From contig CAWGBN010000002.1 of NCBI GenBank assembly GCA_963820825.1, positions 192,001 to 256,000 on the forward strand: a stretch of DNA of 64,000 nt. The letters are read 5' to 3'. The translations under genes and the position numbers were made by a program. This DNA comes from Vulcanimicrobiota bacterium (lineage in GTDB: Bacteria; Vulcanimicrobiota; Vulcanimicrobiia; Vulcanimicrobiales; Vulcanimicrobiaceae). Under the pieces are notes generated by a model. It was not told the origin of the DNA. It saw only the letters and a list, made by a program, of their open reading frames with translations, and did not search any database. This document shows, one piece after another, positions 39,967-51,529 of this stretch (positions are counted from its first letter, which is position 1; each line of letters starts with the position of its first letter).

Positions 39967-42465
39967 CTAGGTTACGAGGTGCTCGGGCGCCGGCGGCGCG
40001 GGCGGTTCGACCGACGGGATCTTGGCATACTTGAGTTTCTCGGGATCGTCGGGATCGACGTCGGCCAAAATGTGGTCGCCCGGTATGAAGGTTCCCTTGA
40101 GCATCTCTTCGGCGATTTCGTCTTCGACGTTGCGTTGGATCGCACGACGCAGCGGCCGCGCGCCAAACTGCGGGTCCCATCCCTTCTTGGCAAGCAACGC
40201 TTTCGCGGCCTCGGTGACCTTGAGCTCCATCTCCTGCGCGCGGACCTCGCGAATGACCTTGGCGAGCTCGAGCGTTACGATCTGCTCGATTTGCTCGCGC
40301 GTAAGCTGATGGAAGACGATCACTTCGTCGACGCGGTTGAGGAACTCGGGCCGGAAGGTCTGCTTGACCTCTTCCATGACGCGATTCTTCATCCGGTCGT
40401 AAGCCTTCACTTCGTCTTCGGCCGAGAGCTTTTGCGGACGGAAGCCGATGTCGGTCGTCGTCGTCATGCCGATTGCACCGACGTTGCTCGTCATGATGAT
40501 GACGGTGTTCTTGAAATCGACTTGGCGGCCCTGAGAGTCGGTCAGCCGCCCGTCTTCCAGGACTTGGAGCAGCAGGTTGAAGACGTCGGGGTGCGCCTTT
40601 TCGATCTCGTCGAGTAAGACGACCGAGTAGGGCCGGCGCCGCACCGCTTCGGTGAGCTGGCCGCCCTCTTCGTAGCCGACATATCCCGGCGGCGCGCCGA
40701 CGAGGCGGCTCACCGAATACTTCTCCATGTACTCCGACATGTCGATGCGGATCATCGACTCTTCGTCGTCGAAGAGGAAGGCGGCGACGCTGCGCGCGAC
40801 TTCGGTCTTGCCGACGCCGGTCGGGCCCAGGAAGATGAACGAACCGATCGGGCGACTGGGGTTCTTCAACCCCGCGCGCGAGCGGCGGATGGCCCGGGTC
40901 ATTACCTGAATCGCCTCTTCTTGACCGACGACTCGCTCGTGAAGCAGCTCGCCCATTTTGAGCAGCTTCTCGGTCTCGGCTTGCGCGAGGCGGCTGACCG
41001 GAATTCGCGTCCACGAGGCGACGATCTCGGCAACGTTCTCGGACGTGACCGTCAGTTTACGGTCGGAGGCCGCCTTTTGGTCGCGCCATTCCTGTTCGAG
41101 ATGCGCCTTTTCGAGACGCAGCTTCTCCTCGCGATCGCGAATCGATGCGGCCTTGTCGAACTCCTGATTTTTGACGACGGCCTCTTTTTCGGCGATCAGC
41201 TTGCGCAGCTGCGCGTCGGCTTCGCGAATCGCCGGCGGCGGAAGGGTTGCCTGCAGGCGAACCCGCGAGCTCGCTTCGTCGATCAAATCGACGGCCTTAT
41301 CGGGCAGGAAGCGATCGGTAATATACCGGTCGCCGAGCTTCGCCGCCGTCGCGAGCGCTTCGTCGGTGATTTGCACCTTGTGATGCGCCTCGTAGCGGTC
41401 GCGCAGGCCCTTGAGAATCTCGATGGTCTCTTCAACCGTGGGCTCGCCGACCATAACCGGCTGGAAGCGCCGCTCGAGCGCCGAGTCCTTTTCGATATGC
41501 TTGCGGAATTCGTTGAGCGTCGTCGCCCCAATGCACTGCAGCTCGCCGCGCGCGAGCGCAGGCTTGATGATGTTGCTGGCGTCGATGGCACCTTCGGCGG
41601 CACCCGCTCCGACCAGGGTGTGCAGCTCGTCGATAAAGAGAATGATCTCGCCCGAGGCGCCGCGGATCTCGTCCATGACGCGCTTCATACGCTCCTCAAA
41701 CTCGCCGCGGTACTTCGTACCGGCGACGAGGCCGGCAAGATCGAGGGTGATCACGCGCCGGTCGCGCAGCGGTTCGGGAATGTCGCCCTTGATGACGCGT
41801 TGGGCGAGTCCCTCGGCGATCGCCGTCTTCCCGACTCCGGGCTCGCCGATGAGCGCCGGGTTGTTCTTCGTCCGACGCGAGAGAATTTGAATGACGCGCT
41901 CGATCTCGTTGTTGCGCCCGATCACCGGATCGAGTTTGTTGTCGCGCGCCAGTTGGGTGAGGTCTCGCCCGTAGGCATCGAGGGTCGGGGTCTTACTCTT
42001 GCCCTTCGGCGCCGCGGGCTGGCCTTCGGCACCGAGCAGGGAGGTCGTTTGAACGCGCACCTTTGCCGGATCGACGCCGAGATTGGTAAGCACGCGAGCG
42101 GCGACGCCCTCGCCTTCACGAATCAAGCCGAGCAGCAGGTGCTCGGTACCGATGTAGTTGTGATTGAGCTGGCGCGCCTCTTCAAAAGCGAGCTCGATCA
42201 CCCGCTTCGCTCGCGGGGTGAAGACCATCTCTTGCTGTACGGTCTGGCCGCCGCGCCCGACGATCGCTTCGACCTCTTGGCGGACCTTCGCAAGATTGAC
42301 GCCGAGCGACTCGAGGACTTTTGCGGCCAAGCTCTCGCCCTCGGAGATGATCCCGAGCAGAATATGCTCGGTCCCGATATAGTTATTTCCGAGGCGTTGC
42401 GCTTCTTCCTGAGCAAGCACGATGCTGCGCCGTGCTCGCTCGGTGAAGGGCTCCCACATCGACAT
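39967..42465 (-). CDS. clpC: ATP-dependent Clp protease ATP-binding subunit
   Basis: Double Clp-N repeat, [11 protein letters not shown] coiled coil, [15 protein letters not shown] and FRPEFLNR. Confidence 0.96.
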   Translation of the reverse strand: MSMWEPFTERARRSIVLAQEEAQRLGNNYIGTEHILLGIISEGESLAAKVLESLGVNLAKVRQEVEAIVGRGGQTVQQEMVFTPRAKRVIELAFEEARQLNHNYIGTEHLLLGLIREGEGVAARVLTNLGVDPAKVRVQTTSLLGAEGQPAAPKGKSKTPTLDAYGRDLTQLARDNKLDPVIGRNNEIERVIQILSRRTKNNPALIGEPGVGKTAIAEGLAQRVIKGDIPEPLRDRRVITLDLAGLVAGTKYRGEFEERMKRVMDEIRGASGEIILFIDELHTLVGAGAAEGAIDASNIIKPALARGELQCIGATTLNEFRKHIEKDSALERRFQPVMVGEPTVEETIEILKGLRDRYEAHHKVQITDEALATAAKLGDRYITDRFLPDKAVDLIDEASSRVRLQATLPPPAIREADAQLRKLIAEKEAVVKNQEFDKAASIRDREEKLRLEKAHLEQEWRDQKAASDRKLTVTSENVAEIVASWTRIPVSRLAQAETEKLLKMGELLHERVVGQEEAIQVMTRAIRRSRAGLKNPSRPIGSFIFLGPTGVGKTEVARSVAAFLFDDEESMIRIDMSEYMEKYSVSRLVGAPPGYVGYEEGGQLTEAVRRRPYSVVLLDEIEKAHPDVFNLLLQVLEDGRLTDSQGRQVDFKNTVIIMTSNVGAIGMTTTTDIGFRPQKLSAEDEVKAYDRMKNRVMEEVKQTFRPEFLNRVDEVIVFHQLTREQIEQIVTLELAKVIREVRAQEMELKVTEAAKALLAKKGWDPQFGARPLRRAIQRNVEDEIAEEMLKGTFIPGDHILADVDPDDPEKLKYAKIPSVEPPAPPAPEHLVT

Positions 42466-42640
42466 CGCTCTGGCTCTTCCTTTCTTCTATATAGACTCTA
42501 CCCGCCAGAGAGCAGTTTCGTGGCAGTTCGTTGGCACTGCGCCGTACGCCCGCCTGCGTTGCTCCAGGCTTGCCGCTGCGACCTCGCCGAATTCTAACTG
42601 GAGGTTTGCCGCAAACGCCGCGGAACCTCGCTAGACCCTT

Positions 42641-42952
42641 ATGCCCACCGTCGAACAAGTTCGCGAAGCGCTCGTGGAGGTCAAAGATCCCGAGTTGAAT
42701 CTCGGGATCCTCGAGCTCGGTCTCGTCTACGACATCGCCACCGAGGGCGAGAACGGCGAGAACGTCAACGTCATGATGACGCTCACCTCGCCGATGTGTC
42801 CGGTCGGCCCGATGTTCATGCAGTCGGTCAAGGACCACGTGCTCGCGATCGAGGGCGTGAAGAACGCCAACGTCGAGATCACCTTCACGCCCCCATGGGA
42901 CCCCGCAACGATGGCCTCCGACGACGTGAAGGCCATGTTGGGGATCTGGTAG
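42641..42952 (+). CDS. DUF59/SufT-like metal-sulfur cluster assembly factor
   Basis: VKDPEL...LGLVYDI, MTLTSPMCP and FTPPW motifs. Confidence 0.9.
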   Translation: MPTVEQVREALVEVKDPELNLGILELGLVYDIATEGENGENVNVMMTLTSPMCPVGPMFMQSVKDHVLAIEGVKNANVEITFTPPWDPATMASDDVKAMLGIW

Positions 42953-42960
42953 CTCCGGCG

Positions 42961-43111
42961 CGCTGAACGCGCGGTAACGTAACGTCGAGGAGGCTCGGAC
43001 CGACGAGCGGAGCCGTGGATGGCGAGAGCGAGGAGGCCGTGCAGCAGGAGCGCAGCCAGGATGGCGGAGCGACGAGCGGCTCCGAGGCGTTACGTTACCG
43101 CGCGTTCAGCG
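42961..43111. mobile_element. MITE-like element, 151 bp with perfect 24-bp terminal inverted repeats
   Basis: cgctgaacgcgcggtaacgtaacg (42961-42984) is the exact reverse complement of 43088-43111; fills the gap between convergent genes. Confidence 0.6.
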
Positions 43112-43119
43112 AGGCTGCG

Positions 43120-45369
43120 CTACCGAGATTGGAAATTGGCGGGCTTTGGGAAGATGCGGGTGGGGATCTCCGCGAAGGCTGGGTCGCCGCATTGCCAGAG
43201 CAAGAACGCATACTCGTCGGTGAGCAACTCCTCGCTCTGCTTGCGCGAGGCCGCGAGGAATCCGTGACCGGCATCGTAGTCGACGCGTAGTAGGATGGGG
43301 CGGCCGCTCGTCGTCGATTTTTGTAAGCGCGCCGTAAACTTCGCGAGCTCCCACGACGAGACGCGCGGATCGTTGTAGCCGGTGATCAGCATGACGGCGG
43401 GGTACGCGGTTCCCGGGACGACGTGTTCGTAGGCGTCCATCGCGTAGAGCGCCTTGAACCCGACCTTGTTCTTCACCGTGCCGAACTCGGGGATGTTGGG
43501 CGGACCGTTCGGCGAGAACTCCATGCGAAACGCGTTGCTCGCGCCGACCACGTCGAGTGCGGCGGCGAAGAGATGCGGTTGCGTGGTGATCGCGCGGCCG
43601 ATCGTGATGCCGCCGGCGCTCGTTCCCTCCCCGGCAAGGTGTGCCGGCGAGGTGTACTTATGCGCGATCAGCCACTGGCCGCAGGCGATGAAGTCTTGCC
43701 ACGTATGCGGCTTGGTCGTTATCATCCCCGCGCGGTGCCAGGCCTCGCCGTACCATCCGCCGCCGCGGACGTGACAGACGGCGAAGACGCCGCCGCGCTC
43801 GAGCCAGGCGACGCGCGTCGCGCTAAACGACGGCTCGATCGTTATTCCGTACGCGCCGTAGCCGTTCAAGTACGCCGGGTGCGAGCCGTCGAGCTTGAGA
43901 TCTTTGCGATAGACGACCGAGAGCGGCACCATCGTCCCGTCGGCACTGCGCGCCTGCACCTCCGACGACGTGTACGGCGACATGTCGACGTTGGCGAGCG
44001 CCTTGAGATGCGTATCCGTGACGCTGCCGTTTGCGTCCACGGCGTAATAGAGCAGCGAATGCGTCCACCCCGTCATGCCGAAGACGGCTCCCGGAACTCG
44101 CGCGTCGGTGCTCATCGCGTTGATGGAGCCCGGGAACGGAAGCGCCACGTCGCTGCTTGCGCCGGGAGTCCCGTCGTCGGAGAGCGCGATGCGCGTGATC
44201 TTCCCGAAGCCGCCGGTGCGAGCGAGAGCGTAGAGACCGTCGGCGGCGACGCCGACTTGCTCGACGACGGGCACGCCCGCCGCCACCACGGTCTTCGCAG
44301 CGGCGAGATCCGGCGCGTCGAGCGACGTTGCGATTACCTTGAAACTCGGCGCGCCTTTATGCGTGAGCAGGTATATGGTCGAGCCCTTCAGATCGTAGCC
44401 GGTAACGCCGTCGGCCGGCGTCACGATCTTCTTCCACGCAACGTCGGGCGAGTCGATCGACGCCGCCCGAGTTGCGTAGATCGTCACCTCATTCTGGACG
44501 CCGTTCGAAACGACGGCCAAAATATAGGGAGAGACCGGCGAATACAGGATGGCGGGAAAGTCGGTCGGCAAGAACTTGAGATTCGGGTTGACGCCGTAGC
44601 CGAATACCGCGACGTCCGTCTCCGCATCGCGCCCGAGGACGTGGAGGTAGGTGGCCGGTCGCGTCTCTTTGTCGGTCTCCGGCTCGCCCGGCTGCAGCTT
44701 TGGAAAGCGCACGTAATAGAACGATTTGCCGTCGGGCAGCCAACTCGTCGCGCCGATATAATACGCGCGGTCGATTGCATCGGGGAGCACCCGGCCGGTA
44801 TCGGTCTCGACGACGTGAATTATCGCCGCCTCAGAACCGCCTTCGGAGATGCCGTACGCGACGTATTTTCCGTCGAGCGACGGTAGATAGTAGTTGATCG
44901 TGTAATGCGTGCCGGCCGCTGCGAGACTCTGCGGGTCGATCAAGACGCGTTCGTCGCTCGCGAACGCGTTGCGCACGTAGAGCTTCGGCGAGTTGTCGCC
45001 CGGGTTGCTCTTGAGATAGAAATAGTACGGCCCGTCGATCGTCACGTCGTTGACGACGGCTCCCGCATTATCGAGCTGCTGGATCCGGTCGAAGAGCTGC
45101 TGGCGAGGAGTTCCGAGCCGGCCGAGCACCGCTCTCGCGTAGGCGTTCTGATCCTTGAAGAACTTAACGACGACCGGGTCGTTCATGTTCTCGAAGTAAC
45201 GGTACGGATCGGTAACCGACATGCCGTACGTCGTGATGCCGACCGGACGCTCGGGCGGCACCGGAGGCGGGGTCGGAAAACCTTGTGCCGCCGGCGCGAC
45301 GGCACGCACGGCGCAGAGCGCCAAAGCGGCGGCTGCAACGACGAATGCAACGAGTCGAGTAAGCAGCAT
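43120..45369 (-). CDS. Secreted prolyl oligopeptidase (S9A)
   Basis: DPYRYFE, GYGAYG, VRGGGWYG, catalytic GTSAGG, NDPRV and AGHG. Confidence 0.93.
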   Translation of the reverse strand: MLLTRLVAFVVAAAALALCAVRAVAPAAQGFPTPPPVPPERPVGITTYGMSVTDPYRYFENMNDPVVVKFFKDQNAYARAVLGRLGTPRQQLFDRIQQLDNAGAVVNDVTIDGPYYFYLKSNPGDNSPKLYVRNAFASDERVLIDPQSLAAAGTHYTINYYLPSLDGKYVAYGISEGGSEAAIIHVVETDTGRVLPDAIDRAYYIGATSWLPDGKSFYYVRFPKLQPGEPETDKETRPATYLHVLGRDAETDVAVFGYGVNPNLKFLPTDFPAILYSPVSPYILAVVSNGVQNEVTIYATRAASIDSPDVAWKKIVTPADGVTGYDLKGSTIYLLTHKGAPSFKVIATSLDAPDLAAAKTVVAAGVPVVEQVGVAADGLYALARTGGFGKITRIALSDDGTPGASSDVALPFPGSINAMSTDARVPGAVFGMTGWTHSLLYYAVDANGSVTDTHLKALANVDMSPYTSSEVQARSADGTMVPLSVVYRKDLKLDGSHPAYLNGYGAYGITIEPSFSATRVAWLERGGVFAVCHVRGGGWYGEAWHRAGMITTKPHTWQDFIACGQWLIAHKYTSPAHLAGEGTSAGGITIGRAITTQPHLFAAALDVVGASNAFRMEFSPNGPPNIPEFGTVKNKVGFKALYAMDAYEHVVPGTAYPAVMLITGYNDPRVSSWELAKFTARLQKSTTSGRPILLRVDYDAGHGFLAASRKQSEELLTDEYAFLLWQCGDPAFAEIPTRIFPKPANFQSR

Positions 45370-45398
45370 GCACCTGCGTATTCTACGACCCTGAATCG

Positions 45399-45425
45399 TG
45401 TCATCCCGAGCGGGGCCGAGGACCT
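45399..45425 (+). repeat. REP-like element (copy 4)
   Basis: tgtcatcccgagcggggccgaggacct in the divergent intergenic gap. Confidence 0.5.
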
Positions 45426-45453
45426 CTGCGACGAGGCGTGCAAGCCTGACGGT

Positions 45454-47007
45454 GTGAAGAACCGAGCCGAAAAGTATGCCGAGCTCGCGAAAAAACGCGA
45501 GCTGGCGAGGACGCCCGCCGGTTCGGAGGCCGTCGAGCGGCAGCACCAGCGGGGGAAACGCTCGGCACGCGAGCGCGTCGAGGGGCTCGTCGACGACGGC
45601 TCCTTCGTCGAGTTCGACCGTTTCGTCGTCCATCGAACCAATGCGTTCGGCCTGGATGAAAAGGAGTTTCTCGGCGACGGCGTGATCACCGGCCGCGCGA
45701 CGATCGACGGGCGGCAGGTCTTTCTCTTCTCCCAGGATTTCTCGGTGCTGGGCGGTTCGCTCGGCGAAGCCTTCGCCGAAAAGATCTGCAAGGTGATGGA
45801 CCTCGCGGTGCGCACCGGCTCGCCGATGATCGGCATCAACGATTCGGGCGGCGCGCGCATTCAAGAGGGAGTGGTCTCGCTCGGAGGCTATGCGGAGATT
45901 TTTTGGCGCAACGTTCAAGCCAGCGGCGTCGTTCCCCAGATCAGCTTGATCGCCGGGCCCTGCGCCGGCGGTGCGGTATACTCGCCCGCAATCACCGACT
46001 TCATCATCATGACCGAGAAGATCTCGCAGATGTTCATCACCGGACCGGAGATCATCAAGACGGTGACGGGCGAAGAGGTTTCCTTCGAAGAGCTGGGCGG
46101 AGCGAACACTCACGCGACGCGCAGCGGCGTCGCGCACCTCGTTGCGAGCGACGAAGCGAATCTCTTCGAGCTGACCCGGGCGCTCTTCTCGTTCGTTCCG
46201 CAGAACAATCGCGAGCGGCCGCCGAAGTACGATTGCGACGACGACCCAAACCGCAGCGTCGATGCGCTCGACGAGCTCGTTCCCGATTCACCGAACAAGC
46301 CGTACGACATGCACGCGGCGATCGAGGGAATCGTCGACTACGGCGATTTCTTGGAGATCCAGCCGCTCTATGCGCCGAACATTATTTGCGGCTTCGGTCG
46401 CGTCAACGGCGGCACCGTCGGCATCGTCGGAAATCAGCCGAGCGTGCTCGCCGGCGTGCTCGACACGCGATCGTCGATCAAGGCGGCGCGCTTCGTGCGC
46501 TTCTGCGATGCCTTCAACATTCCGCTCGTCACCTTCGTCGACGTCCCCGGCTTTCTGCCGGGAACCGACCAGGAGTACGGCGGAATCATCCTCCACGGCG
46601 CCAAGCTGCTCTACGCCTTTGCCGAAGCGACCGTTCCCAAGATTACGATCATCACGCGCAAAGCGTACGGCGGCGCATACGACGTCATGGCGAGCAAGCA
46701 CATCCGCGCCGACGTCAACCTCGCCTGGCCGACGGCGGAGATTGCAGTGATGGGCGCCGAAGGCGCGGTCAAGACGATCTTCCGCCGCGAGATCGCCGCC
46801 GCTCCCGACCAGGAGGCGAAGATGCGCGAACTGGTCGACGAATATACCGAGCGCTTCGCGAATCCATATATCGCGGCCCAACGCGGGTACGTGGACGACG
46901 TCATCGAGGCACGCGTGACCCGCAGCGCCGTGGCCCGCTCGCTCGAGATGCTCGCCGAGAAGCGAGTTCCCCGTCCCGAGCGCAAACACGGCAACATACC
47001 GCTCTAG
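45454..47007 (+). CDS. pccB: Acyl-CoA (propionyl-CoA) carboxylase carboxyltransferase beta subunit
   Basis: GDGVITG, DSGGARIQEG, GPCAGGAVYSPA, DVPGFLPG, RKAYGGAY and KHGNIPL. Confidence 0.9.
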   Translation: MKNRAEKYAELAKKRELARTPAGSEAVERQHQRGKRSARERVEGLVDDGSFVEFDRFVVHRTNAFGLDEKEFLGDGVITGRATIDGRQVFLFSQDFSVLGGSLGEAFAEKICKVMDLAVRTGSPMIGINDSGGARIQEGVVSLGGYAEIFWRNVQASGVVPQISLIAGPCAGGAVYSPAITDFIIMTEKISQMFITGPEIIKTVTGEEVSFEELGGANTHATRSGVAHLVASDEANLFELTRALFSFVPQNNRERPPKYDCDDDPNRSVDALDELVPDSPNKPYDMHAAIEGIVDYGDFLEIQPLYAPNIICGFGRVNGGTVGIVGNQPSVLAGVLDTRSSIKAARFVRFCDAFNIPLVTFVDVPGFLPGTDQEYGGIILHGAKLLYAFAEATVPKITIITRKAYGGAYDVMASKHIRADVNLAWPTAEIAVMGAEGAVKTIFRREIAAAPDQEAKMRELVDEYTERFANPYIAAQRGYVDDVIEARVTRSAVARSLEMLAEKRVPRPERKHGNIPL

Positions 47008-47031
47008 CACGCAACGAAGAGGAAGGCTTAC

Positions 47032-47817
47032 GTGAAACTGTTGGAAGGGAAGCGCGCGTTGGTGACCGGCGTCGCGAACCGCTGGTCGATCGCGACGCGG
47101 CGTCGCTCGTAAACTGCACGAGCACGGTGCGTCGATCGCACTCACCTATCAAGGCGAACGCGTAAAAGACGAAGTAGAAAAGCTCGCCGCCGAGCTCGGC
47201 GGCGGACCCGTCATTGAGTGCGACGTTTCCAGCGATGCCTCGCTTGCTGCAATGCGCGACGCGCTCGCGAGCGATTTCGGGAGCCTCGACGTCCTCGTTC
47301 ACTCGATCGCCTTTGCCAATAAGGAAGATCTTGGCGGGCAAAGTCTTCGAGACGTCGCGCCCGGTTTCGCGCTCGCACTCGACGTATCGTCCTACTCGCT
47401 CATCGCGCTCGTGAGCGCGCTGCGCGAATCCTTCAACGACGGCGCTTCGATCATGGCCCTCACCTATCTCGGCGCAACCCAGATCGTGCCGAACTACAAC
47501 CTGATGGGCATCGCCAAAGCGGCACTCGAGTCGACGGTGCGATACCTCTCCTTCGATCTGGGCGATCGCGGAGTTCGCGTCAACGCGATCTCGGCCGGAC
47601 CGATCAAGACGGCGAGCTCGCGCCAGGTCGGCGGCTTCTCGCGACATTCTCGACATCGTGCCGAAGGTCGCGCCGCTGCGGCGCAACGTCACGCCCGAAG
47701 ACGTCGGCAACATGGCCGTCTTTCTCGCCTCGGAGTCTATCGAGCGCGGTGACGGCCGACGTTCACTTCGTCGATGCCGGATACCACGCCATGGGTCTCT
47801 TCGCGCTTGGCGATTAG
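47032..47817 (+). CDS. fabI: Enoyl-ACP reductase (multiple frameshifts)
   Basis: LVTGVANRWSIA, HSIAFA, YNLMGIAKAALE, RVNAISAGPIKT and FVDAGYH across frames. Confidence 0.85.
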
Positions 47818-49505
47818 GAAGATCCTGATCGCCAATCGCGGCGAGATCGCGGTTCGGATCATTCGCACTGCGCGGGAGATGGGAATTGCTATGCGTCGCC
47901 GTTTACTCCGACGCCGATCGCGACGCGCTCCACGTCGAGCTTGCCGACGAATCGTACCGGCTCGGTCCGGCGGCTCGCCGCGCAGAGCTATCTCGATGCC
48001 GAAAAGCTGCGTCGATTGCGCGCAACGCGCGGGCGCCGATGCGGTCCATCCCGGTTACGGCTTCCTCGCCGAGAACGCCGAGTTCGCACGCCGCGTCGTT
48101 GCCGCCGGTTTGACCTGGATCGGACCGCATGCCGAGGCGATCGACGCAATGGGCGACAAGCTGCGCGCGCGGCGCGCGATGCAAGCCGCCGGCGTGCCGT
48201 TCGTGCCGGGTGCCACGCAGCCGATCGCTCGACGTCGCCGCACGCGCGCGACGCCGCCAAGGAGTTACGGCCTTCCGCTCGCGCTCAAAGCGGCCGCGGG
48301 CGGTGGAGGGAAAGGGCTGAGAGTCGCGCGCTCGCTTCGCCGAGATCGACTCGGCGTTCGAAACGGCGCGGCGCGAAGCCGATGCCTACTTCAAGAGACG
48401 GCACGATCTACGCCGAGCGATACTTCGAGAATCCCAAGCACGTCGAGCTGCAGATCGTTCGCCGACAAGCACGGCAACGTCGTCCACGTCGGCGAGCGCG
48501 ACTGCTCGCTGCAACGGCGCCATCAAAAACTCTGGGAAGAGACGCCGGCCGCGATCTCGCCGCACGTTCGCGCGGCGATGCGCGAAGCCGGGCATGCGCG
48601 CCGCGCGGCGATCGGTTACGATTCGACCGGCACCATCGAGTGCCTCGTCGCCGGCGATGCGTTCTACTTTCTCGAGATGAACACGCGCATTCAGGTCGAG
48701 CACACCGTGACCGAGATGGTCACCGGTCTCGATCTGGTGCGCGAACAGATCCGTCTTGCCGCAGGCGAGCCGCTCGGCTACGCGCAGGACGATATCGAGT
48801 TTCGCGGATACGCGATCGAAGCGCGCGTCAATGCGGAGGATCCTGCGCAGAACTTTCGCCCGGCGCCCGGAACGATCACCGCGTATCGCGAGCCGGCCGG
48901 CCCCGGCGTGCGCGTCGATTCCGCGGCCTACGCGGGCTGGACGATCCCAGCCGAGTACGATTCGCTCGTCGCCAAGCTCGATCGTCTGGGCGCCCTCGCG
49001 CGATCGCGCGATCGCGCGGCTGCGACGCGCCATCGACGAGTATCTCATCGAGGGTGTCCCGACCACGCTGCCGTTAGCTACGCGCGCTCTGCGATCATCC
49101 CGCCGTCGTCGACGGCACGTACGGCACGGCGACCCTCGAGGCCTTTGCGGCGGTTGGCGCCCGCCGGACGGAGCAGAGCCGCAGCGGCTGCTCTCCCCGG
49201 CTTTCGCCACGGTTCCGGCCGTTGGGCGCCGGACCGCGCCACGCCTCGCCTCGCTCCAAAGAGGCGGCTCGAGCGCGAGTGGAAGTAGCGTACGTCTCAC
49301 CGATGCACGGCACTCATCGTTGAAGTCCGCGTGGCCGCGGGCGATCGCGTCAACGGAGGGGCAAGTCGTCGCCGTGATCGAGGCGATGAAGATGATGAAC
49401 GAGATTCGCGCGCACCGCAGCGGAAACGTCGGCACCGTGCATGGTCGGCGCCGGTGCGACCGTTGAAAAGCGGCCGCGCGGCTGCGTAACGATTCCCGAA
49501 TGGCC
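47807..49505 (+). CDS. Biotin carboxylase / biotin-carrier subunit of acyl-CoA carboxylase (multiple frameshifts)
   Basis: KILIANRGEIAVR, HPGYGFLAEN, ERDCSLQRRHQK, EMNTRIQVEH and biotinylation site EAMKM. Confidence 0.85.
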
Positions 49506-51083
49506 AAAGACGATCAACGATTCGGGAATTCCGATTCGAGCCCGTCTACGATCGCGGTCGAGGGGCCTCCGCTCGAACTGGGTGAGCCGGGCGCTTTCCC
49601 TACGGACGCGGCATTCGCACGGACATGTATCGCGGACGTCTCTGGACGATGCGCCAATACGCCGGCTTCGCAACCGCGGCCGAATCGAACGCCCGATACC
49701 GCTATCTGCTGGAGCGCGGCCAGACCGGATTATCGGTGGCCTTCGATCTGCCGACGCAGCTCGGTTACGACTCCGACGCACCGCAAGCGCGCGGCGAAGT
49801 CGGCAAGGTCGGCGTCGCAATCGACTCGATCGCGGACATGGAGACGCTGCTCGACGGCGTTCCGCTCGACCGCGTCACCGTCTCGATGACGATCAACGCG
49901 CCGGCCTCGATTCTGCTGGCGCTGTTCCTGGCCGTCGCTCGCCGTCGCGGTATCCCATTCGACAAGCTTGGCGGAACGGTCCAGAACGACGTGCTCAAAG
50001 AGTACGCCGCGCGCGGCACGTACATCTATCCGCCAAGGCCGTCGATGCGCCTCGTGACCGACGTGATGGCCTATTGCGCGCGCGACGGTTCCGCACTGGA
50101 ACGCCATTTCGATCTCCGGCTACCACATTCGCGAGGCCGGCTCGACGGCGGTCGAAGAGATCGCCTTTACGCTCTCCAACGGTAAGGCCTATCTACGCGC
50201 AGCGCGCGAGGCTGGTATCGCGCTCGACGACGTCGCTCCGCGCATCTCCTTCTTCTGGAACGCACACAACGACTTCTTCGAGGAGATCGCCAAGTTCCGC
50301 GCCGCGCGGTATCTCTGGGCGCATATCACGCGCGACGAGTTCGGATGCCGGGATCCGCGCTCGCAGATGCTGCGCTTTCACACGCAGACCGGCGGTTCGA
50401 CGCTGACCGCAGCGGAACCGGAGAACAACGTCGTTCGCGTCGCGCTTCAGGCGCTCGCCGCCGTGCTTGGGCGGAACGCAGTCGCTGCATACCAACGGTA
50501 AGGACGAGGCGCTCGCGCTGCCGACCGCGGAGAGCGCGAAGACGGCGCTGCGCACGCAGCAGATCATCGGGTACGAATCGGGCGTTGCCAATGTCGTCGA
50601 TCCGCTCGCCGGCTCGTATTACGTCGAGAGCGCTGACCGACGAGCTCGTCGCGCGCGCAAAGAGAATCATCGAAGAGGTCGACGCGATGGGCGGCAGCAT
50701 CGCCGCGATCGAGAGCGGCTGGATGCAGGCGCGTATCGCCGAATCGGCCTATCTCGCGCAGCAGGCGATCGAGCGCGGCGAGCAAGTCGTCGTCGGTGTG
50801 AACCGGTTCGCCGAAGCGGCGGCGACGAGCGAGATACCGCTGCAACGTATCGACGACCGCATCGAACACGAACAGGTCGAGCGGTTGCGACGCGTTTCGC
50901 GCCGGCCGCGACGCGGCCGATGCCGACCGCGCGTCTCGCGACGATTCGCGGCGCTGCGGAGAGCGGCGAGAACTCTGATGCCGCACTTCGTCGACGCCGT
51001 CGATGCCGGGGTGACGCTCGGCGAGATCTGCAACGTGCTGCGGGAGGTCTTCGGCACGTACCGCTGCCGAAATGGTCGCGTAA
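49500..51083 (+). CDS. Methylmalonyl-CoA mutase, substrate-binding (large) subunit (frameshifted)
   Basis: [43 protein letters not shown] and GGTQSLHTN; no B12-binding domain. Confidence 0.88.
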
Positions 51084-51097
51084 ACGGGACGCAGCCA

Positions 51098-51526
51098 ATG
51101 GAAATCGATCACGTCGCCATCGTCGTCAAGGATCTCGAGGCCGCCGTCCGGTTCTACACGCGGACGCTGGGCTTCAAAGAAGTCTTATCGCGAAGTCGTC
51201 TACGACCAGGGCGTCGAGACGGTCGGATTGGAAGCGGGCGAGTCCTTCGTCGAATTGCATTCTACCGCTCGACGAAGACTCGGCGATCGCTCGCTACCGC
51301 GGAGAGGCCGCAGACGAAACTTCACCACACAGCCTATCGCGTCGCCGACATCGAAGGAAAACTTGCCGAGCTCAAGGCTGCCGGCGTTGCGCTCATCGAC
51401 GAGCGGCCCCCGCCGGGGCGCGCACGGCAACCTCATCGCATTTCTCCACCCAAAGGCGACCGGCGGCGTTCTCATCGAACTCTGCCAGCCTCATCCGCTC
51501 CGCAGGACATCCCGAAGGAAATCTGA
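51098..51526 (+). CDS. mce: Methylmalonyl-CoA epimerase (VOC family, frameshifted)
   Basis: [20 protein letters not shown] and [18 protein letters not shown]. Confidence 0.85.
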   Translation: MEIDHVAIVVKDLEAAVRFYTRTLGFKEVLSRSRLRPGRRDGRIGSGRVLRRIAFYRSTKTRRSLATAERPQTKLHHTAYRVADIEGKLAELKAAGVALIDERPPPGRARQPHRISPPKGDRRRSHRTLPASSAPQDIPKEI

Positions 51527-51529
51527 CGG

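Noticed and set aside
44905..46137. Long N-terminal extensions of the 1005-aa and 700-aa ORFs (apparent overlap of peptidase and carboxylase genes)
   Set aside because: These are antisense read-through in GC-rich DNA; the real starts are 45369 (-) and about 45454 (+).
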